From the human T2T-CHM13v2.0 reference genome, Homo sapiens, in NCBI RefSeq assembly GCF_009914755.1, contig NC_060925.1: DNA of 64,000 bases; one strand, written 5' to 3'. The position numbers and the translations under genes are program-made. Shown piece by piece: positions 38,631 to 52,879 of the stretch (position 1 is the stretch's first letter; the number at the start of each line of letters is the position of its first letter). The notes under the pieces were generated by a model, which saw only the letters and a program-made list of their open reading frames with translations, did no database searches and was not told where the DNA came from.

Positions 38631-41600
38631 CTAACCAAAGTAATCTACAGATTCAATGCAATACCCATCAAAATCTCAATGATGTTTTGCACAAATAGAA
38701 AAAAAATTCTAAAATTCATTTGGAATCTAAAGGGATGCAGATTCGCAAAAACAATCTTGAAAAAGAAGAATAAAGCTGGAGAACTCACACTTCATGATTT
38801 AAAACTTACTACAAAACTACAGTAATCAAAAGAGTGTAATGCCTTCATAAAGAAAGATTTATAGACCAGTGGAATAGAAGGGAGAACAAAAAAAAAACCC
38901 TGCATATATAGTCAGTCATTTTTGACAATGATGCCAAAAACCACTCAATGTGGAAAGAACAGTCTTTTCAGCAAATGGTACTAAGAAAACTCAATATTCA
39001 CATGCAAATAATAAAATTAGACCCCTACCCAACACCATATGCAAAAATTAACTCAAAATGTGTTAAAGACCTAAGTGTAAAACCTAAAACTGTGAAACTT
39101 TTAGAAGAAAAGATAGGGCAAAAGTTTTATGCCATTGGATTTAGCAATGACTTTGAATATGAAAGGCATAGACCACAAAAACAAAAATTGATAAATTGGA
39201 CTCCATGAAAAGTAAAACGTTTTGTGCATCAGAAAATACTATCAACGATGTAAAAAGGCAACACACAGAATGAGAGAAAATATTTGCAAATCATATATTT
39301 GATAAGGGATTAATACCCAAAACATAGAGAGAACTTCTAAAACTCAGTAATAACAAAAACAAACACCTAGATTCAAAAATGGGCAAAGGACTTCAATAGG
39401 CACCTCTCCAAAGAACATATACAAATGGCTAAAAATGACATGAGAAAATATGACTAATCATTAAGTAAAGCAAATCAAAACTATGAGACACCACATCACA
39501 TGCATTAAAGTTTTATATTTGCTACCCACAAAAATAAAATAAACTAACAAGTAAGTGTTGGAGAGAATGTGGAGTAACTGGAACCCTTACACACTGTTGA
39601 TGGGAATGTAAAATGATTCAGCCATCATAAAAAAAAGACTGGTTTCTTAAAAACTAAAAATAGCGGAGGCTTCAAATGGCTGAATACAAGCATCTCTTAT
39701 TCACCTCCTCTACTAAAAAGAGCTAAAATAGTGAGTAGATAATTACAGTTCAAATAGATCAGCCAAGAGAGAACACTGGAGTTGAATAGAAAGGTGCCAG
39801 GAAATACCTTAAGCAAGGAAGAAAGGAAAATGAGGCAGCCTGCTTGGCCAGGATCAGCTAAGATCCCAGAGAGACTGCAATATTGGGAAAGGGTAAGTGA
39901 GAGACCCCTAGTGATCTACATTCCCACCATAGACCTCTGCAATCCTAGCCACAGGAGAGCACCTAGACCCTTGAGGGCCCTGAAACAGACAAGACATAGA
40001 GAGCTGTCTGGAGACTACATGACCGCACTGCCTCAGGGAAGGAGCCTGCACTGGTCCCACAGTTTCCTGAGTCCTAAGCAGCAGCCCAATGTGCCATTTT
40101 GAGAGCCCAGCTCACAACAGACTGTGCACTGTTCTGGGGCCCAATGGCACCAGAGCTGAGGCATGAGCAAAGTGCAGTCTGCTGCAAGGGCTGAAACACA
40201 AGCAAGGCACGGACTGCCGCAACTGGAACTGAGGCATGAGCAAGGCAGAGGCTACTATATGCAAGGCTGAGGCACAAAAGGGGTGCATGTTTCCCACTCA
40301 CCAGCATAGGATGCCACCACTGAGGGTAGCCTGCCCTCCCCAGTAGCAAGGCCACAGCACAGTCTCTGCTGCCCCCAGCCCAAATATTCTGCTGAGGGTC
40401 TGGGAATTGCCTCACTGCTACCAACCATGACAGGTGTCTGCATACACCACAAAGGGGCCTGAATACAAGCCTGCCCCGCCTAGCTCACCCTCACCTGTAC
40501 CAGATCAGGTAGTCCGGAGGCCTGGAGATTGCCCAGCCCAGTCCAACACTGTTGGCACCTGAGAATTCTTTCCAGGTACCTGAGGTTGGGCCTATCCACC
40601 CTGCCACTACCACCATACCTGGCACCTACCTGCACATACAACCTATAGGCCTGGAGACTGGCCTGCCCAACTCATCACCACCACTGCCAAAACCAATGTA
40701 CACCATTCAGAACCAGAGAGTAACCCCACCACTACTATTGCTATCATCCATGCCACATGCCTTTCTGGAGACCTAAAAACCCTCCCGCCTACCCAGCCTG
40801 CCACTGCCACTAACAGCATCTGAGCAAGCCACCTAGAAGCCCAAGAATGGGCCTGCCTGTAGCCACTGATACCAATGCCAGTATATGCTGCCTGGGAGCA
40901 AAGAACGGGAACAATCAGTCCACCACTCCCAGCAATGGGGCATGAAGACAGGCCCACCTGGCATTCCACTTCCCATCAAAATTTTACTACAACCTCCAAT
41001 AATAAGCATAGCCTAAATCACCAAGGAAATTATAGACATCACTAATGCTATTCACAGTTGAAAAAATAATACAGAGAAAATGCTACTGCACACACTCAGA
41101 GCCAAAACCAATATACCCTACCCTGCTAACACCATAGACAAATCATTAGGAAAAAGTCTTCCCCTATGAAACCAAATTTAAAAAAATAAAATGGAAGAAG
41201 TGACTGTTACACCAAATTCACAGACATCAGTGTAAGGACATGAAAAAACAAAACAACAAAAAATTACACCTCCAGAGGAACACAATAATTATTCAGCAAC
41301 AGATCTCCATTGAAAAGAAATTTATGAAATTCCAGAAAAAATTCAAAATATTGGTTCTAAAGCTCAGTGAGATATAACAGAATTCTAAAAGACAATACAA
41401 ACAAATTAGAAAAACAATTCAGGATATGAATTTGTAATTTAACAAAGAGATTTTTTAAAGAAACAGAAATTCTGGATTTAAAGAATTTATTGAATGAAAT
41501 ACAAAATTCATGTAAAAGCTTCAACAATAGATTAGATCAAGCAGAAGAAAGAATGACAAGTCTTTTGAAACAATTCTGATATAAAAATAAATTTAAAAAA

Positions 41601-42140
41601 GAATAGAAAACAATAAGCAAAGACTTTATGACATATGGGACATTATGAAGCAACCCAATATACAAATTTTTGGTGTCCCAGAATGCAAAGAGAAAATGAA
41701 AAAGTTAGAAAACCTATTTAATAAAATAATAGATTAAAACTTCCCAAGTTTAGCAAGAGATATAGACATCCAGATAGAGGAGGCTCAAAGACTCCCAAAT
41801 AGATACAATGCAAAAAGTTATTCTCCAAAGCATATTATAGTCAAATGATCAAAAGTCAAAAACAAAGAGAAAATTTTAAAATCAGGAAGAGAAAAACATC
41901 TAGTCACCTATAAAGGAATCCCCATGAGACTAACAGCAAATTTCTCAGAAGACAAAGAGAGAATGAGATGATATATTCGAAGTGTTGGGTTAAAAAAAAA
42001 AGCCAACCAATGATACCATACCCAGCAAAATTATTCTTCATAAATGGAGGATAAATAAATACAGTCCTTCTCAGACAGGCAAAAGCTGGGGGACTTCATC
42101 ACCACTAGAACAGCCCTATCATAAATGTGTAAGGGACAAA

Positions 42141-44884
42141 ATGGGTAGAGTAAGATAGTTGAATAGATGGCCCCACTGATTTTTCCCCCCGACGACAGGA
42201 ATACCAAATTCAAAAACCACCATCATAAGCACCATCATAAGAAACAAAAATTAGGTGAGCACTCGAAGTACCTGGTTTTAACTTCCTCTCACTAAAAGAC
42301 GTGATGAAAAGGGCAGAAAATACAGTCTTGAAATGCTAATGCCACCCCTCTCCCATCCCCCTACAACAGACACATGGCAAAAAAGAGATCTGTGTGCTTG
42401 GGAGAGGGAGAGCTCAGTGACTATGAGACTTTGCATTGAACTCAGTGCTGCTCTGTCACAGTGGAAAGCAAACCATGCTGAAATCAGCTGACACCTGTCC
42501 ATGCAGAAAGCATTCAGATCAGCCCTAGCCAGAGGGTAATTACCCATTGCAGTAGTTGAAACTTGAGTTCTGGGAAAGCTGAGGGCTCAAGTATTATGGG
42601 GTCCTAAATAACCTCGAAAGGCAGTCTAGACCACAAGGACTGCAACTCTCCTACTGGGTTCAGACACAGTGGACCTAGGGGACTTGTGACTTGCTGAGAC
42701 ACCAGCTGGGGAAGTTAAGGGAGTGGTTGTGCCATCACTCCCACAACTCCAGGCAACACACCTCATGGCTCCAAAAGAGATCCCTTCCTTCAGCTCAAGG
42801 AGAGGGAAGAGTAAAGAAGCCTTTTGTCTTGCATGTTGGATACCAGCTCAGCCATAGTAGGATATGGCACTGGCCAGAGTTGTAAAGCCCCCATTCCTCA
42901 CCCTAGCTCCCGGACAGCATTTCTAGACACACCCTGGGCCAGAAGGAAATTCACTACCTAGAAGAGAAGGACCCAGTCCTGACAGGATCCATCATCTTCT
43001 GACTTAAGAGCCCTTGAACCCTAAAAACCAGCAATGATATTCAGGTAGTATGTCGTGGGTCTTAGGTGAAACTGTAAGACACACTGGCTTCAGGTGTGAC
43101 ACAGCATATTCTTAACTGTGGTGGCTACAATGAGAGATACCTTCTCCTTGACAAAAGCAAAGAGAAAAGTAAAGAAAGCTTTGTCTTCCACCTTAGGTAC
43201 CAGCTTGGCCACGATGGGGCAGAGCATTAAGTGGGCTTTTGGGATCCCTGATTTCAGTACTTGGCTCTTAGATGGCATTTGTGGAGCTCCCCTGGGCCAA
43301 AGGGGAGTCAACTGCCCTGAAGAATGAGTCCCAGGCCTAGCGGCATTCACCATAAGCTCACTGAAAAGCCTGTGGGCATCAAGTGAACATTGGTGATAGC
43401 CTGGCAGTACTCCCCATGGGACCTTGGATGTGATGGCTATGGGGTGAGGCTCCTCTGCCTGCGGAAAGTGGTGGAAAGAGTGGGAAGAATTACATATTAT
43501 GGTTTGAGAACCAGCTCAAGCACAATAGAATAGAACACCAAGCAGATTTCTAAGATTTTTAACTCCAGTCCCTAGCTCCTAGAAGCATCCCTGGGCCCAA
43601 CTGGGGCCTGGGGGAACATGCTGCCTTGAAGAGAAGGATGCAAACCTGGCTGGCTTCACCACTTGCTGATTGCAGAGGCCTAGGCCTTGAAGGAACAAGG
43701 GTGGTAGACAGGTAGTGGTTACAGTGGGCTTTGAGTGAAATCCATTGCTGTGCTGGTGTCAGGTCTGACCCAGTGCAGTCCCAGTGGTAGTGGCCAAAAG
43801 GGTGCTTGTGTCACGTCACCACAAGCCACAGGTGGCTCAGCATGAACAAGGAGACACCATTTGTTTGGGGGAAAGTAAGAAAAGAAAACAAGAGTGGCTG
43901 CCTCTTCCTGATAACCCAGAGAATTATTCCAGACTTTATCCAAGACCACCAAGGTGGTACTTCTACAAGTCTGCAAGAACCACAGTGTTACTGGGATTTG
44001 GTGCCCCCTAATGCAGACACAACTTAGATCACAACACCCAAATCCTTTCAAATATCTGGAAAGCCTTCCCATGAAGGAAGGGTACAAACAAGTGCATACT
44101 GCAAAGACTAAAATAAATACCTACCTCTTCAATGCCGAGACACTGGTGAACATCAGCAAGCATAAACACCATCCAGGAAAACAAGACCTCACCAAACAAA
44201 CTAAATAAAGAAGCAGAGATCAATCCTGAAGAAACAAAGATATGTGACCTTTCAGACAGATAATTCAAAATATATGTTTTGAGGAAACTCAAAGAAAGTC
44301 AAGACAACACAGAGGAGGAATTCAGAAATCTCTCAGATAAATTTAATTAAGGAAATTGAAATAATTAAAAAGAAGCAGACATTCTGGAGCTGAAAAATGC
44401 AACTGACACACTGAAGAATGCATCAGATTCTCTTAATAGCAGAAATGATCAAGCAGAAGAAAAAATCAGTGAGCTTGAAGACAGGCTATTTGAAAATACA
44501 GTTAGAGGAGACAAAAGGACAAAGAATAAAAAAGAATGAAGCACACCTAAAACACCTAGAAAATAACCTTAAAAGGACAAACCTAAAATGTATTGGCCTT
44601 AGGAGACAGAGAAAGACATTGAGGTAGAAAGTTTATCCTCAGGGATAATAACAGAGAACTTCCCAAACCTACAGAAGGATATCAATATTCAAGTAGACGA
44701 AGGTTATAGAACACTAAGCAGATTTAACCCAAAGAAGACTACCTCAAGACATTTAATAATCAAACCAGCAAAAACCAAGGATTCTAATACCAGCAAAATA
44801 AAAGAACAAATAATATACAAAGGAGTTCTAATGCATCAGGGAGCAGACTTTTCAGTGGAAACCTTACAGGCCAGGAAAGAGTGC
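42141..44884 (+). mobile_element. Second L1 5'UTR + ORF1 (L1M1/L1MA1-3 type) nested in the L1MA4
   Basis: Homologous along its length to 49371-52200 (e.g. aggtgagc...ggttttaactt; gcagacttttcagtggaaa); ends inside ORF1. Confidence 0.85.
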
Positions 44885-46002
44885 TGATGATATTAACCTT
44901 ATATCTAGAAAAACCTAAAGACTTTCCCAAAAAACAAAAAACACTTCTTAGCTAAGATTTGATAAATGAATTCAGTAAAGTTTCCGGATACAAAGTCGAC
45001 ATACAAAAATCAGTAGCATTTCTATACACCAACAATTAAGTAACCAAGAAAGAAATCGAGAAGACAATCCCATTTACAAGAGTTACCAAAAAAAGTGCCT
45101 AGGAATAAGTTTAACCAAGGACGTAAAAGACCTCCACAAGGAAAAGTACAACACACTGATGAAAAAAAGTTGAAGATGACACAAACAAATAGAAAGACAT
45201 TCCATGCTTATGGATTGGAATAATTAATATTAAAATAACTATATTGCCCAAAGCAATCTATAGATTCAATGTGATCCCTATGAAAATACCAACATCATTG
45301 TTTACAGAAATAGAAAAAAAGAAATCCCAAAATCTTTATGGAACCAAAAAAGAGCCAAAATAGCCAAAGCAGTCCTGAGCAAAAAGAACAAAGCTAGAGG
45401 CATCACAATTCCTTACTCTATATTACAAGGTTATAGTAACTAAAACAGCACAGTATTGGTATAAAAACAGACACATGGACCAATGGAACAGAATAGAGAA
45501 TACAGAAATAAGTTCACATATTTACTGTCAACTGGTTTTTCTAAAAAAATGCCAAGAACATACCTGGGAAAAAGACAACTTTTTCAATAAATAGTGCTGG
45601 GAAAATTAGATATCCATATCCAAAAGAATGAAACTGGACCCTTATCTCTCATCATATACAAAAATCAACCCAAGATGGATTAAAAACTTAAACATAAAAC
45701 CCAAAACTATTAAAATACTAGAAGAAAACCTAGGGAAAACACTTCAGGACATTGGTTTAGGCTAAGACTTCAAAAGCACAGACAGCAAAAACAAAAATAG
45801 ACAAACAGGACTATATATATTAAACTAAAAAGTTTCTGCACAGCAAAGGAAACAATCAACATAGAGAAGAGACAGTCTGTTGAATGGAAGAAAATATTTG
45901 TAAACTTATTTCTCTGACAAGGAGCTAATATTCAAAATATACAAGGAACTAAAAGAATTCAACAGTAAATAATAATGATAATCCTGTTAAAAAGTGGGTA
46001 AA

Positions 46003-46290
46003 AGCTGGGCATGGTAGCTTGTGCCTGTAATCCTAGCTACTTGGGAGGCTGAGGCAGAAGAACTGCTTGAGGCTAGGAGTTAAAGACCAGCATGTGCAAC
46101 AGAGCAAGAACCTGTCTGTAAAGAAAAAAATTAAATTATCTAGGCATGGTGGTGTGCACCTGTAGTCCTAGCTACTCAGGAGGCTGAAGTAGGAAGATCA
46201 CTTGAACCCAGGAGTTTGAGACTGCAGTGAGCTATGACTGTGCCACTGCACTCCAGCCTGGGCAACACAGCAATATCCTGTCTCAAAAAA
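46003..46290 (+). mobile_element. AluJ
   Basis: Diverged dimer with gactgcagtgagctatgac; TSD-like aaaaagtgg on both sides. Confidence 0.9.
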
Positions 46291-46443
46291 AGTGGAGAAA
46301 AGACATAAATAGACATTTCTCAAAAGAAGACACACAAATGGCCAACAGACACATGAAAAATTGTTCAACATCACTAATCATCAGAGAAATGCAAATCTAA
46401 ACCACAATGAGATATCATATTATCCCAATTACAATGGCTACTA

Positions 46444-46766
<323 letters not shown>

Positions 46767-48009
46767 GTAGCAGGTGCTGGTGAGGACATGGCGAAAAGGG
46801 AACTCTTATACACTGTTGGTAGGAATGTAAATTAGTACAGCAAAGGGGTATGTTGTATGTTTATTGGACTATTCATAATAGCAAATATATAGAACCAACC
46901 TAAGTGTTTATCAATGGGTAAAGGATAAAGAAAATGTGGTATATATACATAATGGGATATGACTTGGCCATAACAAAGAATGAAATCATGTCATTTGCAG
47001 CAACATGGATAGAACTAAAGATCATTGTGTTAAGTGAAATAAGCTAAACACAAAAAGATAAATTTTGCATGTTCTCACTCATATATGGGAGCTAAAACAG
47101 TTTACCTTATGGAAGTAGAAAATGGAATAACTAGCACCAGTAGTCATTCCACTATAGTTAGCAACGATGTATCATATATTTCAAAGTAGCTTGAAGAGAG
47201 AACTTGAAATATTCCCAACACAAATAAATGACAAATATTCAAGGTGATGGACACCCTAAATGCCCTGACTTGATCATTACACCTTCTATGCATGCAGCAA
47301 AATATCACATGCATCCCATCCATATGTAAAATATCATGTATCAATTTTTAAAAATAAAAATAAAATTACTATATGCTCCAGCAATTTCACTTCTGGATAT
47401 ATACTCAAAAGAATTGAAAGCAAGGTCTCAAAGAGATATCTGTATACCTGTGTTCATAGCAGCATGTTTTACAATAGTAACAACATGGAAGCAACCCAGG
47501 TGTCCATCAACAGCTAAATGGATAAGCAAAATGTAGTGTATACATATAGAGTGGAATAATATTTAGCCTTAAAAAGGAAGAAAAATCTAACATATGCTAC
47601 AACATCCATGAACCTGAGGACATTATGCTAAGTGAAATAAGCCAGTCACGAAAAGATAAATACTGTGTAATTCCACCTACCTGAGACAATTAGTGTAGTC
47701 AGTAGTCAAATTTTTAGAGACAGAAAGTAGAATGGTGATTGCCAAGGGCTGAGGGAGAGGGAGCATGGTGAGATGTTGTTTAATGGGTATAGAGTTTCAG
47801 TTTTACAAGATGTAAAGAGTTCTGGAGATTGATGATGGTGATGGCTGCTCAACATTATGAATGTAATTAATTCCATTGAACTGTACATGTGAAATGGTTA
47901 AGATCATAAATTTTGTTATGTGTATTTAACACAATTTTTGAATTGAAAATAATAAATAAAATCACAACTGAAGATAATAAGTTCTTATTTCAGTGCTTGA
48001 AAGTGGATT

Positions 48010-48920
48010 ACTACTATCCTGAATCTATCCATTTCTCTCCAATTACAGTTCTATTGACACCATTTTTGCCTAAGCCAGCCTTATTTCCCATCTGGACTAC
48101 TGTAACAGCCTCCAACTTGGTGACCTGCAATCTCCTCTGTATTTCTATTTTCTTTTCACCTATCCAATTCCCATGTATTTTTTGAGCTTCAATGAAAATG
48201 TCAATATCTCAAAAATAACCTTTCCTGACCACTCCTGTTGTAGATAAATTATGACCCATGTTGGTAGGTAGAATAATGACCTCCCCTACCCAAAATGCTC
48301 TAATCCCTGTAAAGTGGATCATGTTCCATTACATGGAAAAGAAGGAAATAAAATTGCAGATGAAAGCAAGGTTGCCAACCAGCTGACCTTAAAATAGAGT
48401 ATCCTGGACTATCCAGGTGGGTGCAATGTAATCACTCAGTTGTGGAAAAGGGAGCAGAAGAGGATCAGAGTAAATATGAAAATAACTCAGCCCACCATTG
48501 TTAACTTTGAAGATGAATGAAGACAGTCACAAGCCAAGGAATGCAGATGACCTCTAAAAGGCGGAATGAACAAGGAAACAGTTTTTCCCCTAGATCCTCC
48601 AGACACTTTGATTTTAGCCCAGTGAGCCCCACTTTGGGTTTCTAATGTCCAGAACTGTAAGATAATAAATGTATATTCTTTTAAGCCATAAAGTTTGTGG
48701 CAGTTTGTTACAGCAGCACTTGAAAACTAACACATCCCTTTAACATAAATTATCATAGGACAACTTTGGGTGAACTTGTTCAAATTGTGAATTACACTAA
48801 TTATTTGGTCAATATCTCTAAGCTTACAAAGTGTATTTCCACTCTGTCCTGCTCATAACTGGCTTAGGACATTGCCTGGTACATAGTAGGCTCTCTACAA
48901 ATATTTGTTGAGTGAATGAA
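48010..48920 (+). mobile_element. L2 fragments split by MLT1D
   Basis: gaatctatccatttctctcc...ctggactactgtaacagcctcc; 3' end tgcctggtacatagtaggc...aaatatttgttgagtgaatgaa. Confidence 0.75.
48259..48734 (+). mobile_element. MLT1D solo LTR
   Basis: tgttggtaggtagaataatg...aaggttgccaaccagctgaccttaaaatag...ccagaactgtaagataataaat...aaaactaacaca. Confidence 0.9.
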
Positions 48921-50719
48921 CTGTATTGTAGCAAAATATCCTGACCCCATACAACCAAAACAATTGCACTCCAAGAAATGTACAATCCAGCCCAAAAGCT
49001 GAAGTTCCTTGGCTAAATGATGTGAACAGAAACACTTCAATTTATAAACATTAAGACAATGCAATAATGAGTGAGAAACATTTAGGAAAGGCAAAGAAGA
49101 TCCAATATACATATATGTCACCAAAGAATATAATCAAAGCAGAGGAACAGAACAAATACTATAAACTATAACTAAAAAAAATTTAAAAATATTGAAACTA
49201 TATATTGAAAGAATACAATATGACATCTGAAGATGTCAACTTAGAACAACCTTAGGCATATATTAGTAATTATGAAATATTTTAATTCTATCCATCTCTA
49301 TGTCCTTTAGAAACATCATTCTTAGGGTGGAAGAAAAGAAATAAATACAAATATAAGTAAAACTGTGTGTGGAGGTGGAGCAAGATGGTGAAATAGAAAG
49401 TTCCACTGATTGTCCCCCCAACAAGGACAGTAATTTAACAACTATCTACACAGAAAAAAAAAAAAAACCTTCATAAGAACTAAAATTCAGGTGAGCCCCT
49501 CATAGTCGTGGTTTTAACTTTATATTGCTAAAAGAGGCACTAAAAAAAAAAATAGAAGAACAGTCTTGACTCACCAATGCCACCCCTCCCACCCCCAGCA
49601 GTGGCAGCTTGGTGCAGAAAGTGTCTCTGGATGCTGAGGGAGGGAGAACACAGTAATTGTGAGGCATCAAACTCAGTGCTGTCTTGTTAGAGCAGAAAGG
49701 AAAACCAGACCAAACTCAGCTGACATCCATCCATGGAGGGAGCACTTAAACCAGCCCAAAACAGTGGGAAATCACTGATCCTAGCAATCCAAACTGGAGT
49801 TCTCGCAAACCTGGCCACTACAGGCTAAACTGCTCTGGGTCTCTAAGTTAACCTGAAAGGTAGTCTAGGCCATAAGGACTGCAACTCTTAGGTGAGTCCT
49901 AGTGCTAAACTGGGCTCAGAGACAGTATACTGGTTTGTGTGTGTTGGTTGGGGGTGGGGGTGGGTAAGGGAATACAACCTATTAAGACACCAGCTGGAAT
50001 AGCTAAAGGAGTACTGGCACCACCCCTCACCTAACCCCAGGCTGCACAACTATAGTCTTCAAACAAGACCCCTTCCTTCCACTTGAGGAGAGGAGACAGA
50101 AGAGTGGGGAGGACTTTATCTTGCATCTTGGATACCAGCTCAGCCACCACAGGATAGGGCACTGATCAGACTTGTGAGGCCCTCATTCCAGGGCCTAACT
50201 CCCAGATGACATTTCTAGACCCATACTGGGCCAGAAGGGAACCTGCTGCCTTGAAGGGAGGGACCCAGTTCTGGCAGCATTCATCACCTGCTGAATAAAC
50301 TGAAGAAACTATGGGCCCTGAATAACCAGCAGCGATATCCAGGTACTAACATCAAGGGCCTTGGGTGACCCCTCTGAGATGTGCTGGCTTCAGGTGAGAC
50401 TCAGCACATAACCAGCTGTGGTGGCTATGGGATGAAACTCCTTCTGCTTGAGAAAAGCAGAGCGAAAAACAAAGGAGGCTTTGTCTTGTACTTTATCTAC
50501 CAGCATGGCCATAGGTGGGTAGAGAACCAAGTGAGTCCTTGAGGTTCCCAATTCCAGGACTTGCATCTTGGATGGCATCCCTGGACCTGCCCTGAGCCAG
50601 AGAGGAGCCCACTGCCCTGAAGGGTGAGGCCAGCCAGGCAACATTCACCACAAGCTGACTTAAGAGCCCTTCAAGAGAACATCAGCTATAGTCTGGCAGT
50701 ACTCCCCAGGGCCTATGGT

Positions 50720-50778
50720 GGCAGTGGCTACAGGCAGTGGCTACAGGCAGTGGCTACAGGCAGTGGCCACAGGCAGTG
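50720..50778. repeat. 13-bp minisatellite x4.5 in the L1 5'UTR
   Basis: ggcagtggctaca x3, ggcagtggccaca, ggcagtg. Confidence 0.95.
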
Positions 50779-51482
50779 TCTTTGGAAAGGGAAGGGAAGG
50801 GTGGGAAGAGCTGTGCTTCATGGTTTGAGTGCCAGCTCAGCCACGGTACAATAAAACACCAGGTAAACTAGGGTTTTTTCTCTAGTCCCTAACTCCTAGA
50901 TAGCACCTCTAGACCTGCTTGGGGCCTGGAGGAACACACCACCATGAAGGGAGGGGCACAGTGTGGCTGGCTTTGGGCCTTCAGGGCCTTCAGTAAACAT
51001 AGGCAGTAGCCAGGGAGTAGTTACAGCAGGCCTTGAGCAAGATCCATGCTATGCTGGCTTCAGGTCTGACCCAGCACAGTCATAATGGTGGTAGCCAAAG
51101 AGGTGTGTGTGTCACTCAACCCCCAGCTGTAGGTGACTCAGCACAGAGAGAGAGAGAGAGAGACTCTGTATGTTTGGGACAAAGCAAAGGAAGAGAACAA
51201 GGGTCTCTCCCTGGTAATCCAGAGAATTCTCCCAGATCTTGTCGAAGACCATCAGGGTGTTACCTCTATGAATCTGAAAGAACCATAGTGTTACTGGGCT
51301 TGGGGTGCCCCCTAAAGCAGATAAAGCTAGATTACAATACCCAAGACTTCAAATATCTAGAAAGCCTTCCCAAGAAGGACAGCTACAAAAAAGCCCAGAC
51401 AGTGAAGACTACATAAATACCTAACTCTTCAATGCGCAGACACCAACAAACATCTACTAACATCAACACCATCCAGGACAAC

Positions 51483-52398
51483 ATGACCTCACCAAATAAA
51501 TTAAATAAGCCACCAGAGACCAATCCGGGAGAAACAGACGTATCTGTACTTTCAGAGAGAATTCAAAATAGCTTTATTTAGGAAACTGAAAGAAATTGAA
51601 GACAACACAGAGAAGAAATTCAGACTTATATCAGATAAGTTTAACAAAAAAAATGAAATAATTAAAAAGAATAAAGCAGAAATTCTGGAACTGGGAAATG
51701 TAATTAACATACTAAAGAGTACATCAGAGTTTCTTAAAAGCAGAATTGATCAAGCAGAAGAAAGATTTAGTGAGCTTGAAGACAGGGTATCTGAAAATAC
51801 ACAGTCAGAGTAAACAAAAGAAAAAACCATTAAAAACAAGGAAGCACACCTACAGGATCTAGAAAATAGCCTCGAAAAGGCAAATCTAAGAGTTATTGGC
51901 CCTAAAGTGGAGGTAGAGAAAGAAACACAGGTAGAAAATGTTTTCAAAGGGATAATAACAGAGGACTTCCCAAACCTAAGAAAACAAATCAATATCCAAG
52001 TACAAGAAGGTTACAGAACACTAAGCAGATTTAACCCAAGGAAGACTACCTCAAAGCATTTAATAATCAAACTATCAAAAAACAAGGATAAAGAAGGGAT
52101 CCTAAAAGCAGCAAGAGAAAGAAAACAAATAACATACAATGGAGCTCCAATATGTCTGGCAGCAGACTTTTCAGTGGAAATCTTGCAGGCCAGGAGAGAG
52201 TGGCATGACATCTTTAAAGTGCTGAAGGAAAAAACTTTTACCCTAAAATAATATATTTGGTGAAAATAACCTTCACACATGAAAGAGAAATAAAAACTTT
52301 CCCAGAAAAACTAAAGCTGAGGGATTTCATCAACCCCAGACCTGTCCTACAAGAAATGCTAAAGGGAGTGCATCAATCAGCAAGAAAGAATGTTAATG
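51483..52398 (+). pseudogene. Disrupted L1 ORF1
   Basis: ATGACCTCACCAAAT start; track peptide FPNLRKQINIQVQEG...ILKAARERKQITYNGAPICLAADFS; in-frame stops. Confidence 0.85.
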
Positions 52399-52879
52399 AG
52401 TTATAGGCAATCACCTGAAGGTACAAAGTTCACAGGTAACAGTAATACACAGAAAAACACAGAATATTATAACACTGTACCTGTGGTGTATAAACTACTC
52501 TTATCCTAAGTAGAAAGGCTAAATGATGAATGAATCAAAAATAACAACTACAACTTTTTAAGACATAAACAGTACAATAAGATATAAATAGAAACAACAA
52601 AATGTTAAAAAGCATAAGACAAAGTTAAGGCATAGAGTTTTATTAGTTTTCTTTCTGCTTGTTTGTTTATGCAAAGTGTTGAGTTGTTATCAAGTTAAAA
52701 TAATGGGTTATAAATATTTGCAAGCCTCAAGATAACCTCAAATCAAATAACATACAATGGATACACAAAAAATAAAAAGCAAGAAACTAAATCATATCAC
52801 CGAAGAAAATTACCTTCACTAAAGGAAGAAAGGAAAAAAGAAGAGAAGACCACAAAACAACCAGAAAACAAATAACAAA

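Noticed and set aside
38376-38825. 149-aa ORF
   Set aside because: Chance read-through from the MSTA LTR into L1 ORF2 ([11 protein letters not shown]); no evidence of a functional fusion.
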